From the NCBI GenBank assembly GCA_029547705.1, contig JAKPOU010000028.1, positions 55,982 to 119,981 of the forward strand: DNA of 64,000 bases, written 5' to 3'. The stretch comes from Bacteroidota bacterium. Lineage in GTDB: Bacteria; Bacteroidota; Bacteroidia; Bacteroidales; VadinHA17. The stretch's first letter is position 1, and each line of letters begins with the position of its first letter. The translations under genes and the position numbers were made by a program. The notes beneath the pieces were generated by a model. It did not search any database and was not told where the DNA came from. It worked only from the letters and a program-made list of their open reading frames with translations. Positions 30,615 through 38,679 of this stretch are shown here, piece by piece.

Positions 30615-31062
30615 CAGGAGGATTAAAAGGTTTTTCAGAAAGCACCATGTGCTGACAATAGCAACCTCGGTCCGTGAAACACCATGGTGTGCCAGTTGCT
30701 TCTATGTTTACCTGGAAGAGGAAAATTCCCTGGTCTTTACCACCGATCTGAAGACAAGGCACGGGCAGGAATTCCTGAAGAATGCCTCGGTAGCCGGAAC
30801 CGTTGCGCTTGAAACCGGAATTATCGGCAGGATACGCGGAATTCAGTTCTCCGGAACTGTTTACGAACCGGAGGGAGAAATGGCTGCCAGGGCAGAAAGT
30901 GCCTATCTGAAAAGATTTCCCGTTGCCATGCTTATGGACACAAGGCTGTGGGTCGTAAAGATCAGCTATCTGAAATATACCGACAACCGGCTCGGATTCG
31001 GGAAAAAACTGATATGGGACCTGTCATCCGGATCCGGTCAGTCATCTGAGTTTCATTTCTGA
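30607..31062 (+). CDS. pyridoxamine-5'-phosphate-oxidase-like (YhbP-type) FMN-binding protein
   Basis: 151 aa. HHVLTIATSVRETPWCASCFYVY. Overlaps ubiX by 8 nt. Confidence 0.65.
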   Translation: MVDRRIKRFFRKHHVLTIATSVRETPWCASCFYVYLEEENSLVFTTDLKTRHGQEFLKNASVAGTVALETGIIGRIRGIQFSGTVYEPEGEMAARAESAYLKRFPVAMLMDTRLWVVKISYLKYTDNRLGFGKKLIWDLSSGSGQSSEFHF

Positions 31063-31125
31063 TCTGAGACTGATATCTGCATCGCAAGACCTGTTGCGGT
31101 TATTTCTCCGGCAGCCATATCAGGT

Positions 31126-31725
31126 TTATTTCTGAAGCTGCTGCCTGACTATCTTTGCAATATATTTCCCCAGGATGTCGAATTCGATGTTCACCACCGT
31201 TCCCGCCTTGATCTGGTGGAAATTGGTCACTTCCCATGTAAAGGGAATGATTGCGACCTGAAAGGATTTCGGCTGTGAGTTGACTACGGTGAGACTGACT
31301 CCGTTCACGGCAACCGACCCTTTTTCAACTGTCAGGTAATCATCCTGCAGAGGTTCATATTCGAAGGTATAATACCAGCTTCCGCCTGCTTCCGTAACTT
31401 CCGTACAGACTGCCGTCTGGTCAACATGCCCCTGAACCATGTGTCCGTCAAGCCGGGCATCCAGCCTGGTGCTTCTTTCAAGGTTTACCTTGTCGCCGGT
31501 TTTCAGAAGACCGAGATTTGACTTTTCAAGAGTTTCCTTTATGGCCGTGACTGTATAGCAGTCGCCTTCCGTTTTTACGACAGTAAGGCATACCCCGTTA
31601 TGCGATATGCTCTGATCTATCCTGAGCTCATGCGTGAATGAGCATTTCATTATAATATGAAGATTGTCCTGCTCCCTCTCGAGTTTTACAACCGGTGCCG
31701 CTTCTTCAACTATTCCCGAAAACAT
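31126..31725 (-). CDS. ribE: riboflavin synthase alpha subunit
   Basis: 199 aa. MFSGIVEE start and duplicated lumazine-binding repeats (SISHNGVCLTV and SVAVNGVSLTV). Confidence 0.9.
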   Translation of the reverse strand: MFSGIVEEAAPVVKLEREQDNLHIIMKCSFTHELRIDQSISHNGVCLTVVKTEGDCYTVTAIKETLEKSNLGLLKTGDKVNLERSTRLDARLDGHMVQGHVDQTAVCTEVTEAGGSWYYTFEYEPLQDDYLTVEKGSVAVNGVSLTVVNSQPKSFQVAIIPFTWEVTNFHQIKAGTVVNIEFDILGKYIAKIVRQQLQK

Positions 31726-31807
31726 GTTTTTATGTTATTGATCCGCCTGCAAAAGTAATGAAATTGTTCTGTGCTTTTATGTCTCAAACGGAGAGCGATA
31801 AATTGTC

Positions 31808-32269
31808 TCAGCGTTTTCTTTTCTTAATCTTAACCCTCCCCTTCTCAAGAGGGAAACCATCCTTTTTCCAGGCTATGATACCCCCTTCAAGATTGAAGAG
31901 ATTCCGGAATCCCTTGTCATACAGCAACCTGGCAGCCTGTTTGCTTCTGAAGCCATCAGTACAGTACAGGAATAAAGCCGTGTTTTTGCTGATCGTGTCT
32001 GTAAAAGCATACAATTCCTTCGCCGAGGGAATATTTATTGCATCCCTGATCCTTCTGCCCCTGTACTCAAAAGACATTCTTACATCTATAAGCCAGGCAG
32101 GATTCTCTTTAAGATATTGCAGATGAAAATAATGCGGATCGAGAGATTTAAATTTCAGGGAATCGGGATCCCGGGCAGCGGCAGCCAGGACAGGCGCAAG
32201 AAAAAGAAATATGCTGAATGCAAGGGATCTTATCCCATATTTATTTTTTATCCGGTATCTGTGTAACAT
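31808..32269 (-). CDS. rhodanese-domain protein (secreted)
   Basis: 153 aa with signal peptide. Active-site loop LYCTDGFRSKQAA. Confidence 0.75.
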   Translation of the reverse strand: MLHRYRIKNKYGIRSLAFSIFLFLAPVLAAAARDPDSLKFKSLDPHYFHLQYLKENPAWLIDVRMSFEYRGRRIRDAINIPSAKELYAFTDTISKNTALFLYCTDGFRSKQAARLLYDKGFRNLFNLEGGIIAWKKDGFPLEKGRVKIKKRKR

Positions 32270-32486
32270 CGGGTTTCTGTTTATTCTGACTTCCTGAACG
32301 GTTAACGGGGTCGTTCACCTTCAGGGATTCTGCCTGTTTACCGTCCCTGTCCAAATTGTTTTAATGTCGGGCCGGGGTTCCACTGATTCACCTTACTTCT
32401 CAAAATAAATGCATCGTTCCGTGAGTACAAAATAATAAACGATGAAGAATGACTTATTATTTGGTATTTTTACAACAATACAAATT

Positions 32487-33188
32487 ATGATGAAAAAACT
32501 GGTAATACTCACTGGTGCCGGAATGTCGGCGGAAAGCGGTATACGGACCTTCAGGGAGACGGGCGGACTATGGGAGGAATATGATGTGAATGAAGTCGCT
32601 TCACCCATGGGATGGGCAAAAAACAGGGATCTGGTACTGAGGTTCTATAATGAAAGAAGGACACAGCTTGCGGTATGTGAACCAAATGACGGACACAAGG
32701 GCCTTGCCGCACTTGAAAAGTATTTCGACGTTCACGTCATCACCCAGAATGTCGACGATCTTCATGAGAGGGCGGGAAGCACGAAGATCCTCCATCTGCA
32801 CGGGGAACTGACGAAAGTGAGGAGTACCAAAGATCCTTCACTGGTTTACGACATAGGATACAAGGAAGTCAATCCAGGGGATCTCTGCGAGAAGGGAAGT
32901 CAGCTCCGGCCGCATATTGTCTGGTTTGGCGAGGCAGTCCCGCTGATGGATGAAGCAGTGGAAATAACTTCCACGGCAGATATTTTTGCGGTGATCGGTT
33001 CCTCACTCAATGTTTATCCTGCTGCGGGACTTGTCGGCTTTGCTCCGCGGAACGCCTCCCTCTGGCTCATTGATCCGCATGATGTATATGTTCCTTCAGT
33101 TAAGAATATCAACGTGATAAAGGAAAAAGCATCGGACGGGGTAAGGATACTGACCCGGAATCTTCTCGAACAGTACGGAATTATCTGA
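32487..33188 (+). CDS. Sir2-family NAD-dependent protein deacylase (CobB-like)
   Basis: LTGAGMSAESGIRTFR, ITQNVDDLHERAG, HLHGEL. The start is taken at MMKKLVIL (ORF track 32442). Confidence 0.85.
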   Translation: MMKKLVILTGAGMSAESGIRTFRETGGLWEEYDVNEVASPMGWAKNRDLVLRFYNERRTQLAVCEPNDGHKGLAALEKYFDVHVITQNVDDLHERAGSTKILHLHGELTKVRSTKDPSLVYDIGYKEVNPGDLCEKGSQLRPHIVWFGEAVPLMDEAVEITSTADIFAVIGSSLNVYPAAGLVGFAPRNASLWLIDPHDVYVPSVKNINVIKEKASDGVRILTRNLLEQYGII

Positions 33189-33200
33189 TATCTTTGGAGG

Positions 33201-35147
33201 ATGATTGACCGCTCCACCATAGAACGCATACTCAATGCCGCCCAGATAGTTGAGGTGGTACAGGAATTTGTCCCCCTCAAAAGACGGGGTGCAAATTATC
33301 TCGGCCTCTGCCCCTTTCATAATGAAAAAACACCCTCTTTCACCGTGTCGCCTTCCAGGGAGATATTCAAATGCTTCGGATGCGGCAAGGTGGGAAACGT
33401 GGTCAATTTCATAATGGAACACGAACACCTCTCCTATCCGGAGGCCCTGAAATTCCTGGCAAGGAAATATCATATCGAAGTAGTTGAAAGAGAGCTTTCT
33501 CAGGAGGAAATTGAAAAGCAGAACGAAAGGGAAAGCCTTCTTGTCGTTACTGCATACGCATCCCGGCAGTTCTCGGAAAACCTCTTCAACAGCGACGAGG
33601 GCCGGTCGGTGGGACTTTCATATTTCAGGGAAAGAGGATTCAGGCATAACACCCTCAAGAAATTTGAAACGGGATACAGCCTGGAGAAACGCGATGCCTT
33701 TTCGCAGAAAGCTCTGGATGACGGTCACAGAAAGGATTTCCTTGTAAAAACAGGCCTGTCAATTGAACACGAAGACCGTATCTTCGACAGATTCAGCGGA
33801 AGAATAATATTTCCCATCCATTCCCTTTCCGGTCAGGTGCTTGGTTTCGGGGGAAGAATCCTGAAGACGGATGCAAAGGCAGCAAAATATCTCAACTCCC
33901 CGGAGTCGGAGATATATCACAAAAGCCGTATCCTTTACGGTATCTATCAGGCACGAAGGGCAATAACAAAAGAAGACAAGTGCTTCCTGGTGGAAGGATA
34001 CACCGATGTGATGTCACTGCATGAGGCAAACGTGGAGAATGTTGTCGCTTCTTCGGGCACTTCACTCACCCGCGAACAGGTCAGGCTCATAAAACGCTTT
34101 ACGTCAAACATAACAATGCTGTATGACGGCGATCCCGCAGGTATAAAAGCCTCATTGCGGGGAACCGACCTGGTGCTCGAGGAAGGAATGAATGTAAGGA
34201 TTGTCCTTCTTCCGGAAAATGAAGACCCTGATTCCTGGTCAAGGAAAGTAAGCAACGAAGAATTCCGGAATTATCTCAATGAAAATGAGACAGATTTCAT
34301 ACGTTTCAAAATAAACCTCCTTATTGAAGATGCTGCGGGTGACCCCGTAAAAAAGGCTAATCTGATCCGCGATATAGTCAGGTCAATAGCCGTTATTCCC
34401 GAATCCATAACCAGGACAATATACATCAAGGAATGCAGCGTCGTGATGGAAGTACCCGAAGAGGTGCTTTACCATGAGGTGAACAAGATGCGTCAGCAGA
34501 GATCATTTCAGGACAGGAACAAATATCCCGGACCAGAGGATCTGCCCGTTCCGCCGCCGGTCATTCCCAAAAAGGCAAAACAGGAAGTAACAACCTACGT
34601 ATCCGAAAAGGAAATAATCAGGATTCTCCTCAAATTCGGAAGCAATGAGTTTGACAGGGTGATCCGTAAGGAAGACGGACGGGAGGAAGTTACAACCGTG
34701 GCCGATTATATAGTAAGGGAAATTGTTTCGGATGAACTGACCTTTGATGACATGATCCTCGGAAACATATTTGAAGAATTCAGGTTTGCAAGCGAACAGG
34801 GAGTATTTCTTGAAGACAAGGTCTTTATCAAAAATGAAGACCCTGCCATTTCAATGCTGTCCGCGGATATTCTTGCCGAATCACATCAGCTGAGCAGGAT
34901 ATGGGTAAACAAGCATACCTATGTCGAGACCGAGGACATGAAGCTGAGGGAAATTGTTCCGGATGCTGTCCTGAAATTCAAGGGCGACAAGATAAAGCTC
35001 AGACTGCAGGAGTTAATGGAAGAGCTCCGGGAGGCAGTCAGCTCAGGCGATATGGAAAGGATTCCGGAACTCCAGAAAAGAGACCAGGCACTCAAGGCCG
35101 CACTTGGAATAATATCCCGGCAACTCGGAAACAGGATACTGCTGTAA
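33201..35147 (+). CDS. dnaG: DNA primase
   Basis: 648 aa. Zinc-finger CPFHNEKTPSFTVSPSREIFKCFGCG and TOPRIM block LVEGYTDVMSLH...LYDGDPAG. Confidence 0.95.
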   Translation: MIDRSTIERILNAAQIVEVVQEFVPLKRRGANYLGLCPFHNEKTPSFTVSPSREIFKCFGCGKVGNVVNFIMEHEHLSYPEALKFLARKYHIEVVERELSQEEIEKQNERESLLVVTAYASRQFSENLFNSDEGRSVGLSYFRERGFRHNTLKKFETGYSLEKRDAFSQKALDDGHRKDFLVKTGLSIEHEDRIFDRFSGRIIFPIHSLSGQVLGFGGRILKTDAKAAKYLNSPESEIYHKSRILYGIYQARRAITKEDKCFLVEGYTDVMSLHEANVENVVASSGTSLTREQVRLIKRFTSNITMLYDGDPAGIKASLRGTDLVLEEGMNVRIVLLPENEDPDSWSRKVSNEEFRNYLNENETDFIRFKINLLIEDAAGDPVKKANLIRDIVRSIAVIPESITRTIYIKECSVVMEVPEEVLYHEVNKMRQQRSFQDRNKYPGPEDLPVPPPVIPKKAKQEVTTYVSEKEIIRILLKFGSNEFDRVIRKEDGREEVTTVADYIVREIVSDELTFDDMILGNIFEEFRFASEQGVFLEDKVFIKNEDPAISMLSADILAESHQLSRIWVNKHTYVETEDMKLREIVPDAVLKFKGDKIKLRLQELMEELREAVSSGDMERIPELQKRDQALKAALGIISRQLGNRILL

Positions 35148-35160
35148 ATACAAACATTTT

Positions 35161-35679
35161 TTATCTTTTCCTTTCCATTTTTAATCCTCTTTCTTGCAAA
35201 AACTCATATATATCTATACATTTTACTCCATTCTTATGTGCTACTGCCGGAATTCGATTCGGCTTTAATTTATTTTCGTCTGTTATTAAAACATAGTTGT
35301 GTACTTTACAATAACCAATCAAATATGGGTCTGCCTCCTCTTTGCCTTCAGCTTGTTTATTTGGTGTAAGAAACCCCGTATTGTATTCTTCATTGATAAT
35401 AGGTTTTGCTGCATTGAAACTTGCAACATCTGTATCAACTACTAATAGTTTTCTCCATTTCTTAATCCAGTCTTTTAGAAATACTTCCTTCCCCCTATAC
35501 TCATTAATTTCCTGTTCGACAAAGTCAATGGTTTTGAAGCAGCCCTGCCGTATTAAATCTTCAATTTCCTCCCAAATTGCAGTAAATACAGGATTTCCCC
35601 TTTTAAAATTAAAGTCCAATCGCATCAGGGCACTTGTGTCAATTACATAAACCTTATTTCCTTCACTGAATAAGTCCAT
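35161..35679 (-). CDS. DUF4411-family PIN-like nuclease-domain protein (candidate toxin/effector)
   Basis: 172 aa. YVIDTSALMRL, ADPYLIGYCKVHNYVLITDE, RIPAVAHKNGVKCIDIYEFL. Starts 2 nt after the stop of the upstream XRE/ImmA gene. Confidence 0.8.
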   Translation of the reverse strand: MDLFSEGNKVYVIDTSALMRLDFNFKRGNPVFTAIWEEIEDLIRQGCFKTIDFVEQEINEYRGKEVFLKDWIKKWRKLLVVDTDVASFNAAKPIINEEYNTGFLTPNKQAEGKEEADPYLIGYCKVHNYVLITDENKLKPNRIPAVAHKNGVKCIDIYEFLQERGLKMERKR

Positions 35680-35681
35680 TG

Positions 35682-36824
35682 TTAAGCGTTCAGAAATTGA
35701 CGGGCCTTGGGAATATAGGACAACTTAACTCCCAGAAAATCAGACAAATCTTTAATATTAATGCGATTTTGGTCAAATGCCATGAACGCCAGGCTAATAT
35801 AGGTTTTGCCTTTTTCCTGGACCGCCTCTTTGGCTAAATCTCTCCCTTCAGAATTTTTCGCCCTTGCGAAGGGCGGCTTGTTCCATTGTTTGTGTTTTTC
35901 TTTATAAAAAGCTGCTGTGGTAAGCTTCTGTTCAAATAAGCTTCTCAGTATTGCCAGAGGGCCAACATGAAAATGCCTGCCAAGCTCAGTCAGGTCCTTT
36001 AATAACCATTCTTCCTGACCTTGCTCCTGATATGAGCGAACAATATCCATACGCAATAATTCTTCTGAAGGCACTAATACTTCGGCAGCAAAAGCGTTAC
36101 ACCACTTTTCCACTTCCCATTGCGGATTCAGAGATAAATCACTTATCGCATTCTCATTTAATAAAATGTGTCCCAGTTCATGAAATAGGGTAAATGTTTT
36201 TGAGTGATCCTGTTCGCCTCCTCTTTTTATGCCGATAATCGGAATAAGATCATCTACAATGGCAAAACCCCGTACATTGTCTTGTGTTAAGCTTAGTTGA
36301 AATACAGCAATACCCAGGTTCTCAATGCGTTCTATGTAAACTTCCAATGCTATTCTAACATGTTCAATTTCCCTTATTTCGTCCAAGTGAAGCAGTTGAC
36401 GAATTTTTTCTGCAACTTCCCGCGGATTATTCTTTAATGATTCAGATAAATTGAATTTGGGAAATGGCATTCCCATTTCTTCGCGCAACTCAACAAACGA
36501 TTGAGCCAAAGCTCTTGCCTTACGGACTGCCATAATGGTTTTTTCATGAAAATACCCAAGTTCCTTTGAATCAATGCTACGTCTATCTGCAGGAAACGGT
36601 TTTTCCTTTGGTGGATTATTAAGTAAAAGTGTAGCAATAGTTCGTTTGTATGTTTTTGAAAATGCCTTAAGCTCTGCCAGGGTGGGCTGTTTCCCACCTG
36701 ATTCTAATTGAACCAACCGCTTAGGCGAAATACCAGTACTTTCAGAAGCCTGTGCCTGGTTCAGTGCAAGCGATTCCCTCGCCCATACAAGGACTTCATG
36801 ATTGATGTGAATACTTTCCTTCAT
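35682..36824 (-). CDS. fused XRE-family HTH / ImmA-IrrE (COG2856, M78) zinc metallopeptidase
   Basis: N-terminal HTH (LNQAQASESTGISPKRLVQLESGGKQPTLAELKAFSKTY). HEXXH FHELGHIL at 36168-36182. The start is probably the ATG at 36824 (ORF track TTG 36851). Confidence 0.85.
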   Translation of the reverse strand: MKESIHINHEVLVWARESLALNQAQASESTGISPKRLVQLESGGKQPTLAELKAFSKTYKRTIATLLLNNPPKEKPFPADRRSIDSKELGYFHEKTIMAVRKARALAQSFVELREEMGMPFPKFNLSESLKNNPREVAEKIRQLLHLDEIREIEHVRIALEVYIERIENLGIAVFQLSLTQDNVRGFAIVDDLIPIIGIKRGGEQDHSKTFTLFHELGHILLNENAISDLSLNPQWEVEKWCNAFAAEVLVPSEELLRMDIVRSYQEQGQEEWLLKDLTELGRHFHVGPLAILRSLFEQKLTTAAFYKEKHKQWNKPPFARAKNSEGRDLAKEAVQEKGKTYISLAFMAFDQNRINIKDLSDFLGVKLSYIPKARQFLNA

Positions 36825-36906
36825 GTAAACTTTGATTAAATATTGTAACAAATTAAGAAGGCAATTCTCAAATATTTGGTTGTGCTTTTAAAACAGATAA
36901 TCTTCC

Positions 36907-37054
36907 TTTACGGATCAAATTTAATACCTTTTCCACGTTCTGATTGCCGGTTTTGAACGTACTCATTTACCAGGTTGTAGTTCTTACCGGGTTTGTCAGC
37001 CAGCAAAGTCTGTTTTATTCCTTTATCTTCCAGTACTACTTTTATTCTGTTCAT
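36907..37054 (-). pseudogene. truncated or degenerate XRE-family HTH gene remnant
   Basis: The minus-strand ATG at 37054 reads MNRIKVVLEDKGIKQTLLADKPGKNYNLVNE(YVQNRQ..), which is HTH_XRE-like. The expected C-terminal helices are missing. The exact frame near 36958 is uncertain by 1 nt in my reading. Confidence 0.3.
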
Positions 37055-37305
37055 GCGGACAATGATTCAAACTGCTAAAATAGTTCTTAATTATTGACTT
37101 ATCTCATATTTCAATATAAGAAGTGTTTGAATTATTGTTTCACTATCCTTCACGCTGTTGATAAAAATGCTCTTTGGGTTTTACGAAGGCCCGTGGTAGC
37201 CAGTACCCTTTATTAAGGCCTGTGTATAAGATTTATCTCTGATAGTTCCTGTCCGATTTGATGAATTCCAAGCAGAATTTTTTCTGTTTGTTGTTTTCAT
37301 CTCCA

Positions 37306-37508
37306 TCACTTTTTATTCTCCAACTTCTGACCAGCATCCTCGAGTATCTTTTCCTCAAGTCCTTTTTCTGCTTCCTGACTGCCATGATTTGGGAAGATGA
37401 TCATACATGGTTTCTTGTCATGTTTAAGTTTTACATGTGAACCTTATTGTGAAAAAGGAGAGACCAGCCATCTTTTGTCAGAATCTTATAAAGTTCAGAA
37501 CAGCCCAT
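37306..37508 (-). pseudogene. hicA: HicA-like toxin gene with a single-nucleotide frameshift
   Basis: Frame a reads MGCSELYKILTKDGWSLLFHNKVHM-stop. Frame b continues HVKLKHDKKPCMIIFPNHGSQEAEKGLEEKILEDAGQ... Together these match the HicA pattern (SE..L...GW...H.KL.H......P.H.....G....IL...G). The span is 203 nt, one nt short of an intact frame. Confidence 0.5.
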
Positions 37509-37692
37509 TGCCTGCTGAGAGGATACTACAGCACAAAGGTAAATAATAATTTGCCTGGATATCAATATTCTTTCATTTTTGTGCTGACATTGGCTATAAT
37601 TTATATCAGGTGCAGCTTTTAATCCTGAAACCCGGCCGGAAAAACGCATCAATGAATCTGCCCCGGTTGCGCATTATTTCGGAATTTTATTA

Positions 37693-37700
37693 TAAATTTG
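37693..37700 (+). promoter_or_regulatory. candidate -7 promoter box (TAAATTTG)
   Basis: TAnnTTTG match 19 nt upstream of the ATG at 37720. The GTG at 37705 is too close to be the start. Confidence 0.4.
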
Positions 37701-37719
37701 GTCTGTGAATTCTCTGTCC

Positions 37720-38622
37720 ATGAAAGTCAATATATATCTCCTACTGACATTTGTCTTTCTCATTACCTTTTCCTGCAGAAAAAAGGCTCCGGAAAAAATC
37801 AGCTTCACTCCTGTTTTTTCAACCCTTTCTGAAAATTCCTCCGCAGATACCGGCCCGGAAACAAAATATGAAACCTATTACGGACTGCTTACTCCGGTTG
37901 AGATCTGCTCCATCTTCAACAGGCTCGGGGTGCCTTATAATAATGCAGCCCTGAATCCGGTATCAAACAGCGACTTATACATGAGCATGGCGAAAGCTGC
38001 CGTGAATACCGGAATTTACGGGGTGGATTTCGGTTACCTGAAAATGTTCGGACTGGGACAGGAAGTGATCAACTACATGGTTACCATACGCAGGATTAGC
38101 GGGAAGCTCGGAATTCCGGACTACCTGATGCTCAATCCTCTCAAACAGATTGAAAGCGATATTGCAGATCCCGACACCGTTACTGCCCTCATGGAAAAAG
38201 CCTTTTCTGACCTGGAGAACCACCTGATGAGAAACGAAAGGGAAAGTATTGCAGGCCTGATGCTCATGGGCGGATGGGTGGAAGCAATGTTCATTGCAAC
38301 CCAGCTGGCTTATGATCACGAAAATCCCGATCCGGTGGTAATACAGAAAATCGCCGAACAGAAATACACCCTGAAATCACTGCTGAGTTTCATGAAAAAC
38401 TATTATGACGACCCGGTGGTGGTTTATTACACGAAAAAACTGAAATTTCTCAATAATTACTTCGACAGCTTCGACATCTTTTTCAAACCCGGTGACCTTG
38501 AAATAGATACCCTTAAAAAGGTATTGCGTTCCTCGGGTGCTGACATGACAATCACCCTTCCAACCCTTGACATAATAAAGGATTATGTCGCAAAGCTGAG
38601 AACCGAGATGGTAAGCCCCTGA
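37720..38622 (+). CDS. lipoprotein of unknown function upstream of the alpha-2-macroglobulin gene
   Basis: MKVNIYLLLTFVFLITFSC lipobox. About 300 aa, apparently helical, with no recognised motif. Confidence 0.7.
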   Translation: MKVNIYLLLTFVFLITFSCRKKAPEKISFTPVFSTLSENSSADTGPETKYETYYGLLTPVEICSIFNRLGVPYNNAALNPVSNSDLYMSMAKAAVNTGIYGVDFGYLKMFGLGQEVINYMVTIRRISGKLGIPDYLMLNPLKQIESDIADPDTVTALMEKAFSDLENHLMRNERESIAGLMLMGGWVEAMFIATQLAYDHENPDPVVIQKIAEQKYTLKSLLSFMKNYYDDPVVVYYTKKLKFLNNYFDSFDIFFKPGDLEIDTLKKVLRSSGADMTITLPTLDIIKDYVAKLRTEMVSP

Positions 38623-38679
38623 AATATTATCCGGGGAATTCGTAATTTTAAATACTAAACCCGTTTATCTGTTTTCATC

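Noticed and set aside
32270-32441. Possible FMN riboswitch upstream of the rhodanese-riboflavin synthase gene pair
   Set aside because: The reverse complement has a small CAGGG...CCCTG hairpin but lacks the conserved RFN core segments that I know. The space directly upstream of ribE (82 nt) is too short.
32487-33188. Sir2 domain as a possible defence effector (as in Thoeris, DSR or pAgo-associated Sir2)
   Set aside because: It is a short stand-alone CobB-like deacylase with the catalytic motifs and no sensor partner. It sits among housekeeping genes in non-deviant sequence composition. It does appear to lack the usual Zn-ribbon cysteine pairs, which I did not pursue.
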